A stretch of 64,000 nucleotides of DNA from Lingula anatina. Its lineage: Eukaryota; Animalia; Brachiopoda. The stretch lies in assembly GCA_051362555.1 (NCBI GenBank), contig CM120646.1, positions 9,672,001 to 9,736,000 on the forward strand. The letters run 5' to 3'. The notes below the pieces were generated by a model. That model searched no databases. It saw only the letters and a list, made by a program, of their open reading frames with translations, and had not been told where the DNA came from. Shown in pieces: positions 1 to 13,350 of the stretch; the first letter of the stretch is position 1; the number at the start of each line of letters is the position of its first letter. The position numbers were made by a program, and so were the translations under genes.

Positions 1-1456
1 AAAAAAAAAACTTTTTCATGAGACACAGTCAACTGATGAGCTTATCACAGATTTTTATTGTTGTTGTGCATCATCTATCCAAATTTCACAAATATTAGAC
101 AAGATTTGTAAGAATTATTAACGTTTAACTATTTTAAGCCATGGAATGTGGCAGTCGTTTCAGTGTTATTTTCAGTTTTCCTATAGAAAAAACAGACAGT
201 GAAAGGCAATAGCAAGAGCAATGCTATGTCTCATCCATGTGTACAATAGATGGCATATGGCAAGCTTTAGGACATTGTCAAATGGTGTGCTAAACCCTAT
301 TCCAGAAACCGATTGTAAGGAGGAATCTGCATCTGGTATTGGTAGTAAGGAGATGTCTTAAATGGGTATATATTCTTTTCCAGAGGACAATTATGGGTAA
401 TTTGTCACCTCTTACACAAACAAACTCAAATCATAATATTTGATGTTTAATGTGAGTCTAATTACATGTTGTGAAATTGAAAAAAAAAATGTAGATAATT
501 CTCACTCTTCGCATACAAAATGTCAAACAACTACAATTCTATCACATACTGTCAACTGTTAAGCTTATCACAGATTTTTGTTATTTCTAAGCATCATCTG
601 TCCAAATTTCACAAATATTGAACAAGTTTTGTGAAAATAATTAACGTTTAACTATTTTAAGGCACCGCCTTTTGCAGTCTTCTCAGTGTTATTTTTAATT
701 TTCTCAAATTTATTGTCCAAAAAAATCTTTTTAACGAGACACAGTCAACTGATGAGCTTATCACAGATTTTTATTGTTGTTATGCATCATCTATCCAAAT
801 TTCACAATATATAGTGTATGGCAAGTTTTAGGACATTGTCAAATGGTGTGCTAAACCTCAATTCCAGAAACCGATTGTAAGGAGGAATCTGCATCTGGTA
901 TTGGTAGTAAGGAGATGTGAAAATTATTAACGTTTAACTATTTTAGTACACTACATATTGCAGCTTATCACAGATTTTTATTGTTATTATGCATCATCTA
1001 TCCAAATTTCACAAATATTAGACAAGATTTGTGAAAATTATTAACGTTTAACTATTTTAAGCCATGGAATTTTGCAGTCTTTGCAATGTCATTTTCAGTT
1101 TTTGCACATTTATATGCTCTGAACATTCTTTTTCATGAGACACATTCAACTGATGAGCTTATCACAGATTTTTATTATAGTTAAGCATCATCTGTCCAAA
1201 TTCCACAAATATTCGACAAGCTTTGTGAAAATTATTAACATTTAACTATTTTAAGGCACCGCATTTGGCAGTCTTTTCAATGTCATTTTCAGTATTTCTC
1301 AAATTTATATGTTCTGAAAATATCCTTTTTATTAGACATAGTCAACTGTTTAGGTTAAGTTTATCAAAATTATTGTTCAACTATTTTAGTGTGGGAAATT
1401 TGTCAATTTTTAGAATTTAGTTTTCACTTTTATCAAACATATTGTTCTTTTTCCAG

Positions 1457-1743
1457 GTGACCTTTTCCATACAGCGTGATGGCTTTTTTGGTGAACTGAT
1501 TCTTCCTGTCTGGTCAAGGCTAATTCCTATAGAAAAAACAGACAGCAAAAGACAACAGCAAGAGCAATGCTATGTCTCATCCATGTGTACAATATATAGT
1601 GTATGGCAAGTTTTAGGACATTGTCAAATGGTGTGCTAAACCTCAATTCCAGAAACCGATTGTAAGGAGGAATCTGCATCTGGTATTGGTAGTAAGGAGA
1701 TGTCTTAAATGGGTATATATTCTTTTCCAGAGGAAAATTATGG
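1457..1743 (+). repeat. Representative exon-like cassette of the satellite; full copies start at 1457, 2804, 4726, 5867, 6803, 10298, 16662, 17607, 18552, 20078
   Basis: Non-monomer block preceded each time by ATATTGTTCTTTTTCCAG|G. Candidate GT donors at 1662, 1689/1692 and 1744. Partial copies at ~180-400, 804-918 and 2151-2265. Confidence 0.85.
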
Positions 1744-4700
1744 GTAATTTGTCACCTCTTACACAAACAAACTCAAATCATAATATTTGATGTTTAATGT
1801 GAGTCTAATTACATGTTGTGAAATTGAAAAAAAAAATGTAGATAATTCTCACTCTTCGCATACAAAATGTCAAACAACTACAATTCTATCACATACTGTC
1901 AACTGTTAAGCTTATCACAGATTTTTGTTATTTCTAAGCATCATCTGTCCAAATTTCACAAATATTGAACAAGTTTTGTGAAAATAATTAACGTTTAACT
2001 ATTTTAAGGCACCGCCTTTTGCAGTCTTCTCAGTGTTATTTTTAATTTTCTCAAATTTATTGTCCAAAAAAATCTTTTTAACGAGACACAGTCAACTGAT
2101 GAGCTTATCACAGATTTTTATTGTTGTTATGCATCATCTATCCAAATTTCACAATATATAGTGTATGGCAAGTTTTAGGACATTGTCAAATGGTGTGCTA
2201 AACCTCAATTCCAGAAACCGATTGTAAGGAGGAATCTGCATCTGGTATTGGTAGTAAGGAGATGTGAAAATTATTAACGTTTAACTATTTTAGTGCACTA
2301 CATATTGCAGCTTATCACAGATTTTTATTGTTATTATGCATCATCTATCCAAATTTCACAAATATTAGACAAGATTTGTGAAAATTATTAACGTTTAACT
2401 ATTTTAAGCCATGGAATTTTGCAGTCTTTGCAATGTCATTTTCAGTTTTTGCACATTTATATGCTCTGAACATTCTTTTTCATGAGACACATTCAACTGA
2501 TGAGCTTATCACAGATTTTTATTATAGTTAAGCATCATCTGTCCAAATTCCACAAATATTCGACAAGCTTTGTGAAAATTATTAACATTTAACTATTTTA
2601 AGGCACCACATTTGGCAGTCTTTTCAATGTCATTTTCAGTATTTCTCAAATTTATATGTTCTGAAAATATCCTTTTTATTAGACATAGTCAACTGTTTAG
2701 GTTAAGTTTATCAAAATTATTGTTCAACTATTTTAGTGTGGGAAATTTGTCAATTTTTAGAATTTAGTTTTCACTTTTATCAAACATATTGTTCTTTTTC
2801 CAGGTGACCTTTTCCATACAGCGTGATGGCTTTTTTGGTGAACTGATTCTTCCTGTCTGGTCAAGGCTAATTCCTATAGAAAAAACAGACAGCAAAAGAC
2901 AACAGCAAGAGCAATGCTATGTCTCATCCATGTGTACAATATATAGTGTATGGCAAGTTTTAGGACATTGTCAAATGGTGTGCTAAACCTCAATTCCAGA
3001 AACCGATTGTAAGGAGGAATCTGCATCTGGTATTGGTAGTAAGGAGATGTCTTAAATGGGTATATATTCTTTTCCAGAGGAAAATTATGGGTAATTTGTC
3101 ACCTCTTACACAAACAAACTCAAATCATAATATTTGATGTTTAATGTGAGTCTACTTAGATGTTGTGAAATTGAAAAAAAAAAATATTGTAGATAATTCT
3201 CACTCTTCGCATACAAAATGTCAAACAACTACAATTCTAACACACACTGTCAACTGTTAAACTTATCACAGATTTTTGTTATTGTTAAGCATCATCTCTC
3301 CAAATTTCACAAATATTGAACAAGTTTTGTGAAAATTATTAACGTTTAACTATTTTAAGGCACCGCCTTTTGTAGTCTTCTCAGTGTTATTTTCAATTTT
3401 CTCAAATTTATTGTCCAAAAAAATCTTTTTAATGAGACACAGTCAACTGATGAGCTTATCACAGATTTTTATTGTTGTAATGCATCATCTATCCAAATTT
3501 CACAAATATTAGACAAGATTTGTGAAAATGATTAAGGTTTAACTATTTTATACCATGGAATTTGGCAGTCTTTTCAGTGTCATTTTCAGTTTTGTCACAT
3601 TTATATGCTCTGAACATTCTTTATCATGAGACACATTCAATGGATGAGCTTATCACAGATTTTTATTATTGTTATGCATCATCTGTCCAAATTTCACAAA
3701 TATTGAACAAGATTTGTGAAAATTATTAACGTTTAACTATTTTAAGGCACCACATTTTGCAGTCTTTTCAATGTCATTTTCAGTTTTCTCAATTTTATTG
3801 TCCAAAAAAACTTTTTCATGAGACACAGTCAACTGATGGGCTTATCACAGATTTTTATTGTTATTATGCATCATCTATCCAAATTTTACAAATATTAGAC
3901 AAGATTTGTGAAAATTATTAACGTTTAACTATTTTAAGCCATGGAATTTGGCAGTCGTTTCAGTGTTATTTTCAGTTTTCTCAAATTTATTGTCCAAAAA
4001 AACAAACTTTTTCATGAGACACAGTCAACTGATGAGCTTATCACAGATTTTTATTGTTGTTGTGCATCATCTATCCAAATTTCACAAATATTAGACAAGA
4101 TTTGTAAAAATTATTAACGTTTAACTATTTTAAGCCATGGAATGTGGCAGTCGTTTCAGTGTTATTTTCAGTTTTCTCAAATTTATTGTCCAAAAAAAAA
4201 AACTTTTTCATGAGACACAGTCAACTGATGAGCTTATCATAGATTTTTATTGTTATTATGCATCATCTATCCAAATTTCACAAATATTAGACAAGATTTG
4301 TGAAAATTATTAACGTTTAACTATTTTAAGCCATGGAATTTTGCAGTCTTTGCAATGTCATTTTTAGTTTTTTCACATTTATATGCTCTGAAAATTCTTT
4401 TTCATGAGACACATTCAACTGATGAGCTTATCACAGATTTTTATTATAGTTAAGCATCATCTCTCCAAATTCCACAAATATTAGACGAGATTTGTGAAAA
4501 TTATTAACATTTAACTATTTTAAGGCACCGCATTTGGCAGTCTTTTCAATGTCATTTTCAGTATTTCTCAAATTTATATGTTCTGAAAATATCCTTTTTA
4601 TTTGACATAGTCAACTGTTTAGGTTAAGTTTATCAAAATTATTGTTCAACTATTTAAGTGTGGGGAAATTGTTAATTTTTAGAATTTAATTTTCACTTTT

Positions 4701-7140
4701 ATCAAACATATTGTTCTTTTTCCAGGTGACCTTTTCCATACAGCATGATGGCTTTTTTGGTGAACTGATTCTTCCTGTCTGGTCAGGGCTAATTCCTATA
4801 GAAAAAAACAGACAGTGAAAGGCAATAGCAAGAGCAATGCTATGTCTCATCCATGTGTACAATAGATGGCATATGGCAAGCTTTAGGACATTGTCAAATG
4901 GTGTGCTAAACCCTATTCCAGAAACCGATTGTAAGGAGGAATCTGCATCTGGTATTGGTAGTAAGGAGATGTCTTAAATGGGTATATATTCTTTTCCAGA
5001 GGACAATTATGGGTAATTTGTCACCTCTTACACAAACAAACTCAAATCATAATATTTGATGTTTAATGTGAGTCTAATTACATGTTGTGAAATTAAAAAA
5101 AAAAATGTAGATAATTCTCACTCTTCGCATACAAAATGTCAAACAACTACAATTCTATCACATACTGTCAACTGTTAAGCTTATCACAGATTTTTGTTAT
5201 TTCTAAGCATCATCTGTCCAAATTTCACAAATATTGAACAAGTTTTGTGAAAATAATTAACGTTTAACTATTTTAAGGCACCGCCTTTTGCAGTCTTCTC
5301 AGTGTTATTTTTAATTTTCTCAAATTTATTGTCCAAAAAAATCTTTTTAACGAGACACAGTCAACTGATGAGCTTATCACAGATTTTTATTGTTGTTATG
5401 CATCATCTATCCAAATTTCACAAATATTAGACAAGATTTGTGAAAATTATTAACGTTTAACTATTTTAAGCCATGGAATTTTGCAGTCTTTGCAATGTCA
5501 TTTTCAGTTTTTTCACATTTATATGCTCTGAAAATTCTTTTTCATGAGACACAATCAACTGATGAGCTTATCACAGATTTTTTATTATAGTTAAGCATCA
5601 TCTCTCCAAATTCCACAAATATTGGACAAGCTTTGTGAAAATTATTAACATTTAACTATTTTAAGGCACCGCATTTGGCAGTCTTTTCAATGTCATTTTC
5701 AGTATTTCTCAAATTTATATGTTCTGAAAATATCCTTTTTATTAGACATAGTCAACTGTTTAGGTTAAGTTTATCAAAATTATTGTTCAACTATTTGAGT
5801 GTGGGAAATTTGTCAATTTTTAGAATTTAGTTTTCACTTTTATCAAACATATTGTTCTTTTTCCAGGTGACCTTTTCCATACAGCGTGATGGCTTTTTTG
5901 GTGAACTGATTCTTCCTGTCTGGTCAGGGCTAATTCCTATAGAAAAAACAGACAGCAAAAGACAACAGCAAGAGCAATGCTATGTCTCATCCATGTGTAC
6001 AATATATGGTGTATGGCAAGTTTTAGGACATTGTCAAATGGTGTGGTAAACCTCAATTCCAGAAACCGATTGTAAGGAGGAATCTGCATCTGGTATTGGT
6101 AGTAAGGAGATGTCTTAAATGGGTATATATTCTTTTCCGGAGGAAAATTATGGGTAATTTGTCACCTCTTACACAAACAAACTCAAATCATAATATTTGA
6201 TGTTTAATGTGAGTCTAATTAGATGTTATGAAATTGAAAAAAAAATATTTTAGATAATTCTCACTCTTCGCATACAAAATGTCAAACAACTACAATTCTG
6301 TCACACACTGTCAACTGTTAAACTTATCACAGATTTTTGTTATTGTTAAGCATCATCTCTCCAAATTTCACAAATATTGAACTTGTTTTCTGAAAATTAT
6401 TAACGTTTAACTATTTTAAGCCATGGAATTTGGCAGTCGTTTCAGTGTTATTTTCAGTTTTCTCAAATTTATTGTCCAAAAAAAAAAAAAAACTTTTTCA
6501 TGAGACACAGTCAACGGATGAGCTTATCACAGATTTTTATTGTTGTTATGCATCATTTATCCAAATTTCACAAATATTAGACAACATTTAACTATTTTAA
6601 GGCACCGCATTTGGCAGTCTTTTCAATGTCATTTTCAGTATTTCTCAAATTTATATGTTCTGAAAATATCCTTTTTATTAGACATAGTCAACTGTTTAGG
6701 TTAGGTTTATCAAAATTATTGTTCAACTATTTTAGTGTGGGAAATTTGTCAATTTTTAGAATTTAGTTTTCACTTTTATCAAACATATTGTTCTTTTTCC
6801 AGGTGACCTTTTCCATACAGCGTGATGGCTTTTTTGGTGAACTGATTCTTCCTGTCTGGTCAGGGCTAATTCCTATAGAAAAAACAGACAGCAAAAGACA
6901 ACAGCAAGAGCAATGCTATGTCTCATCCATGTGTACAATATATGGTGTATGGCAAGTTTTAGGACATTGTCAAATGGTGTGCTAAACCTCAATTCCAGAA
7001 ACCGATTGTAAGGAGGAATCTGCATCTGGTATTGGTAGTAAGATGTCTTAAATGGGTATATATTCTTTTCCAGAGGAAAATTATGGGTAATTTGTCACCT
7101 CTTACACAAACAAACTCAAATCATAATATTTGATGTTTAA

Positions 7141-8603
7141 CCCCATAGAGCCTGGCGGCATCTGACCTAGAAAGTGCCCTTGGTCCTGAGCCCTCTACCC
7201 GGATGCACTTAATTTTACAGGCAGCCTCATTTAATCAATGATAATGTATTAACTTCTTTAGAAAACACCTAAAAACTGTACATTTTTAGAAAGCCAAGAA
7301 TGTAAGCTTTAAGGTCATATCAGATTTATTCATATTTGTTAACTAAGGTAGAAATAGCAGGAGTTTAAATATGAGACTTGCTTTTCTCGAAGAGAAGTAA
7401 AAAACAAAACTTTAATTTCAGCATGCACTTTCTTTTTCACTTTAAAAAATAATTTGTTGAAATTTTCTCATAAATATTCGAAATATGTCTTAAACAATGT
7501 CAGAAAATTTCAGAAAGATATCTTATTTACTTTTTGAGATATAATAAATTTTCTGGGATGCGTGCTGTACCTAAAAACCTGCATCACGTCAGAGATTTGC
7601 ACAATATACAGGCAGGCTAGCTGACTAGAAGACTTCCACCTATTTGATTGTAAATTTAGTGCTTTTTACGATAGTTTTTCATAGTTTTTTTTTAATCAAC
7701 TGAACCAGGATACTCATAAAATTTTGTTTTGCACTCAAACCATATACAAGAATACAAACATTATCATTAGCAAACATTACACTTTCGTGAATGAAAATTG
7801 CATCATAAAAATACAAGTAAACGTAGCATTTGTACTAATACACAAGCAGGAAAAGATATGTTGATACAGCGCACTAGTAACATATTACATCTGTATTTAT
7901 ACACAAGCAGGAAAAGACGTGTTGATGTAACACACAAGTAAACACATGTCATTTGTACTTAGACATAAGCAGGAAAAGACATGTTGATGCAGTACAACGT
8001 AACATTTGACATTTGTATTTATGCACAAGCAGGAATTGACATGTTGATGCAGCACACAAGGCAACTTGTAGCCTGACTTGCCACGGTTACAGTCATTTTA
8101 TCAGCAATATAGTCATTCCAATTACTATTGTCGTCTGCTTGGTTACTGCCGTTAGTATCATCAGCGTTGTTCATAAATCAAGCCCCACGTCCGACTCCGC
8201 TCTCTGACAACTCATACTAAGCAAAGGTACATCATTTTTGAAGTTATCGGAGTATCAAAATCTATCAAGGACTCTTCCCCGAAGTCTGAATTTTCTAACA
8301 AATCTAAAACATTTCTCAACCCATAACTTCTGCTGACTTCTCGCCGCCATTATGACTTCATAGCGCCTCGACAGTGGTTGAAATAAACCGCTTTTTCATT
8401 ATCTAATTCTCGCTACACGTCTTTCAAAAGCTGGTAGTAAACAAAAAACTAACATTTAGTTAGTCTTGTGATAGAAGCATGAATTGTTACAAAAGACAGG
8501 GGAGAGTACAAGCATGTAAACACAGAAACCGCGTATATGCGGTTCCCGGCACTGAGGACTTTTTAAAATGAACCGCATATGTGCGGTTCCCGGCGCTATG
8601 GGG
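7141..8603 (-). mobile_element. Non-autonomous, internally deleted piggyBac-type DNA transposon
   Basis: TTAA duplicated at 7137-7140 and 8604-8607; uninterrupted units read GATGTTTAATGTGAG. TIRs CCCCATAGAGCC / GGCGCTATGGGG. Two subterminal palindromes AACCGCRTATRTGCGGTT (~8528, ~8571). Minus-strand relic ATG at ~8351 followed by a frameshifted acidic NVLDLLENSDFGEES stretch. Confidence 0.9.
7820..8062. repeat. ~61-bp minisatellite, ~4 copies, inside the piggyBac relic
   Basis: CA(C/T)AAGCAGGAA..GA..TGTTGAT at ~7841, 7902, 7963, 8024. Confidence 0.85.
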
Positions 8604-11401
8604 TTAATGTGAGTCTAATTAGATGTTGTGAAATTGAAAAAAAAACATTTTAGATAATTCTCACTCTTCGCATACAAAATGTCAAACAACTACAATTCTG
8701 TCACACACTGTCAACTGTTAAACTTATCACAGATTTTTGTTATTGTTAAGCATCATCTCTCCAAATTTCACAAATATTGAACTTGTTTTCTGAAAATTAT
8801 TAACGTTTAACTATTTTAAGGCACCGCCTTTTGCAGTCTTCTCAGTGTCATTTTCAGTTTTCTCAAATTTATTGTCCAAAAAAATCTTTTTAATGAGACA
8901 AAGTCAACTGATGAGCTTATCACAGATTTTTATTGTTGTTATGCATCATCTGTCCAAATTTCACAAATATAAGACAAGATTTGTGAAAATTATTAACGTT
9001 TAACTATTTTAGTGCACCACATTTTGCAGCTTATCACAGATTTTTATTGTTATTATGCATCATCTATCCAAATTTCACAAATATTAGACAAGATTTGTGA
9101 AAATTATTAACGTTTAACTATTTTAAGCCATGGAATTTTGCAGTCTTTGCAATGTCATTTTCAGTTTTTTCACATTTATATGCTCTGAAAATTCTTTTTC
9201 ATGAGACACATTCAACTGATGAGCTTATCACAGATTTTTATTGTTGTTATGCATCATCTATCCAAATTTCACAAATATTAGACAAGATTTGTGAATATTA
9301 TTAAGGTTTAACTATTTTAAGCCATGGAATTTTGCAGTCTTTGCAATGTCATTTTCAGTTTTTTCACATTTATATGCTCTGAAAATTCTTTTTCATGAGA
9401 CACATTCAACTGATGAGCTTATCACAGATTTTTATTATTGTTAAGCATCATCTCTCCAAATTCCACAAATATTGGACAAGATTTGTGAAAAATATTTATG
9501 TTTAACTATTTTATACCATGGAATTTGGCAGTCTTTTCAGTGTCATTTTCAGTTTTGTCACATTTATATGCTCTGAAAATTCTTTTTCATGAGACACATT
9601 CAACGGATGAGCTTATCACAGATTTTTATTATTGTTATGCATCATCTGTCCAAATTTCACAAATAATGAACAAGATTTGTGAAAATTATTAACGTTTAAC
9701 TATTTTAAGGCACCACATTTTGCAGTCTTTTCAATGTCATTTTCAGTTTTCTCAATTTTATTGTCCAAAAAAACTTTTTCATGAGACACAGTCAACTGAT
9801 GGGCTTATCACAGATTTTTATTGTTATTATGCATCATCTATCCAAATTTCACAAATATTAGACAAGATTTGTGAAAATTATTAACGTTTAACTATTTTAA
9901 GCCATGGAATTTGGCAGTCGTTTCAGTGTTATTTTCAGTTTTCTCAAATTTATTGTCCAAAAAAAAAACTTTTTCATGAGACACAGTCAACTGATGAGCT
10001 TATCACAGATTTTTATTATAGTTAAGCATCATCTCTCCAAATTTCACAAATATTAGACATGATTTGTGAAAATTATTAACATTTAACTATTTTAAGGCAC
10101 CGCATTTGGCAGTCTTTTCAATGTCATTTTCAGTATTTCTCAAATTTATATGTTCTGAAAATATCCTTTTTATTAGACATAGTCAACTGTTTAGGTTAAG
10201 TTTATCAAAATTATTGTTCAACTATTTTAGTGTGGGAAATTTGTCAATTTTTAGAATTTAGTTTTCACTTTTATCAAACATATTGTTCTTTTTCCAGGTG
10301 ACCTTTTCCATACAGCATCATGGCTTTTTTTGGTGAACTGATTCTTCCTGTCTGGTCAGGGCTTATTCCTATAGAAAAAACAGACAGCGAAAGGCAATAG
10401 CAAGAGCAATGCTATGTCTCATCCATGTGTACAATAGATGGCATATGGCAAGTTTTAGGACATTGTCAAATGGTGTGCTAAACCTCAATTCCAGAAACCG
10501 ATTGTAAGGAGGAATCTGCATCTGGTATTGGTAGTAAGGAGATGTCTTAAATGGGTATATATTCTTTTCCAGAGGAAAATTATGTTTAATTTGTCACTTC
10601 TTACACAAACAAACTCAAATCATAATATTTGATGTTTAATGTGAGTCTAATTGTACCACCGGCGTTAGTGCTGGCGGTACACATGGTTTCGGTCTCGTCC
10701 GGATCGTTCCGCCGCCTCCGCCGGCTCCGCCGGTCGCTACCGTTACCGCTTCTCCTCCTAGACGGTAAGGGCCCCCGTACCCATCTCTTGGATTTAGGTC
10801 ACCTATAATCTCAGCTCGTTCCACGTACAATTTGGGCTTTGCCGGTATTGGGGTCTGGGTGTGGCACTCATTGCAATGCACCCTTGTCCAAAAATGGCAA
10901 AATTAAATGCTAATTATCTACCCAACGGAAGGGGTTATGGGAAAAATTTCTACAGACGGCTTTCCAAAAGTCATATGTGTAGATTTCAAATATGCCCTTG
11001 GATTTGACCTTTGACCTTTACTTCAAGGTCAAACGGGCCAAAATTTTCAAAAAAATAATATTTTTTATGAAAAAAAATTTTTTTGCCCTGTTATTCAGAC
11101 ACCACACAGACTTAACCAATAACATTATTGGAAAGTGTTACCCTTCAGGTCATCTTTCATCTCCGTGAATTTGGGGTCAATCGGTGCATTTTCACTGGAG
11201 TAACGGCCATAAGATGCCGAAACTGAAAACTGTCTCTAATTGGGGAACCGTTCATGCTATAGACCCATTTTTTTGCATTTTGTAGAGCATGTAAAGCCCA
11301 ACACTGAAAGTGGTCTCCTTTTTTTTGTATTCCAAACGGTTTTCGAGTTACGCTATCAAAAAGTACATATTGGTGGTGAAAGCAAAATGTGCAGTACGGT
11401 A

Positions 11402-11610
11402 TAGTCAGGTGGCTCAGTCCAAATTTTTTCCAGAATTGTGCAATAGATGATAAAAGCATGAAACTTTCCCCGATGAATAACCATTGGGTGTTCATCTATT
11501 TTGGATCAGGGGGTTGACAAACACCCAATGGTCATTCATCGTGGAAAATTTCATGCTGTTATCATCTTTTGCACAATTGTGGATAAAATTTGGACTGAGC
11601 CGCCTGACTA
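11402..11610. mobile_element. 209-bp MITE with ~90-bp TIRs and TAG...CTA termini (Academ-like), nested in HINE family 1
   Basis: TAGTCAGGTGGCTCAGTCCAAATTTT...CCATTGGGTGTT is mirrored by AACACCCAATGG...AAAATTTGGACTGAGCCGCCTGACTA. No clear TSD; superfamily inferred from the termini only. Confidence 0.7.
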
Positions 11611-11611
11611 C

Positions 11612-13350
11612 TTTTCACCATAGCTAAACTTTGCATATTTTGCTTCCCTTTTATCTCCAAAACTGGCAGAGATAGGTCCATAGTTGCTATTGGACTTGAA
11701 ATCATATACTGGCAATCTAAATGTGACCTTGAAATTGACCTTTGACCTACTTTTCACCATGAACTAACCTTTGCAAATTTTGTTTCCCTTTTATCTCCAA
11801 AACTGGCAGAGATAGGTCCATAGTTACTATTGAATTTGAATAGGAAGTCATATACTGGCAATCTAAATGTGACCTTGAAATTGACCTTTGACCTACTTTT
11901 CACCATGAACTGAACTTTGCAAATTTTGCTTCCCTTTTATCTCCCAAACTGGCAGAGATAGGTCCATAGTTACTGTTGAACTTGAATGGGAAGTCATATA
12001 CTGGCAATCTAAATGTGACCTTGAAATTGACCTTTGACCTACTTTTTACCATGAACTGAACTCTGCAAATTTTGCTGCCCTTTTATCTCCAAAACAGGCA
12101 GAGATAGGTCCATAGTTACTATTGAACTTTAATAGGAAGTCATATACTGGCAATCCAAATGTGAGCTTGAAATTGACATTTGAACTACTTTTCACCATGA
12201 AATGAACTTTGCAAATTTTGCTGCCCTTTTATCTCCAAAACTGGCAGAGATAGGTCCATAGTTACTATTGAACTTTAATAGGAAGTCATATACTGGCAAT
12301 CGAAATGTGACCTTGAAATTGACCTTTGACCTACTTTTCACCATGAACTGAACTTTGCAAATTTTGCTTCCCTTTTTTCTCCAAAACTGGCAGAGATATG
12401 TCCATAGTTTCTATTGAACTTGAATAGGAAGTCATACACTGGCAATCTAAATGTGACCTTGAAATTGACCTTTGACCTACTTTTCACCATGAACTGAACT
12501 TTGCAAATTTTGCTTCCCTTTTATCTCCAAAACTGGCAGAGATAGGTCCATAGTTTCTATTGAACTTGAATAGGAAGTCATACACTGGCAATCTAAATGT
12601 GACCTTGAAATTGACCTTTGACCTACTTTTCACCATGAACTGAACTTTCCAAATTTTGCTTCCCTTTTATCTCCAAAACTGGCAGAGATAGGTCCATAGT
12701 TACTATTGAACTTGAATAGAAAGTCATAAACTGGCAATCTAAATGTGACCTTGAAATTGACCTTTGACCTTCTTTTCACCATGAACTGAATTTTGCAAAT
12801 TTTGCTTCCCTTTCATATCCAAAACTGGCAGAGATAGGTCCATAGTTACTATTGAAGTTGAATAGGAAGTCATATACTGGCAATCTAAATGTGACCTTGA
12901 AATTGACCTTTGACCTACTTTCCCCCATGAACTGAACTTTGCAAATTTTGCTTCCCTTTTATCTCCAAAACTGGCAGAGATAGGTCCATAGTTACTATTG
13001 AAGTTGAATAGGAAGCCATACACTGGCAATCTTAATGTGACCTTAAAATTGACCTTTGACCTACTTTTCACCATGAACTGAACTTTGAAAATTTTGCTTC
13101 CCTTTCATATCCAAAACTGGCAGAGATAGGTCCATAGTTACTATTGAACTAGAATAGGAAGTCATATACTGGCAATCTAAATGTGACCTTGAAATTGACC
13201 GTTGACCTACTTTTCACCACGAACTGAACTTTGCAAATTTTGCTTCCCTTTTATCTCCCAAACTGGCAGAGATAGGTCCAAAGTTACTTTTGAAGTTGAA
13301 TAGGAAGTCATATACTGGCAATCTTACTGTGAAATTGACCTTTCACCTAC
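11612..13350. repeat. 146-bp tandem array, ~12 copies, central to HINE family 1
   Basis: Unit starts (consensus TTTTCACCATGAACT) at 11751, 11897, 12043, 12189, 12335, 12481, 12627, 12773, 12919, 13065, 13211; first unit from 11612 is shorter. Confidence 0.97.

Noticed and set aside
1442-6985. Repeated 65-aa ORF MFFFQVTFSIQ... as a peptide gene family
   Set aside because: Starts at a TTG inside a polypyrimidine tract, and is broken by indels or TAG in 6 of 10 cassette copies.
10636-13074. ORFs at 10636-10881, 11157-11495 and 12739-13074 as Helitron Rep/helicase
   Set aside because: They are translations of microsatellite, MITE and tandem-repeat DNA with no HUH or helicase motifs.
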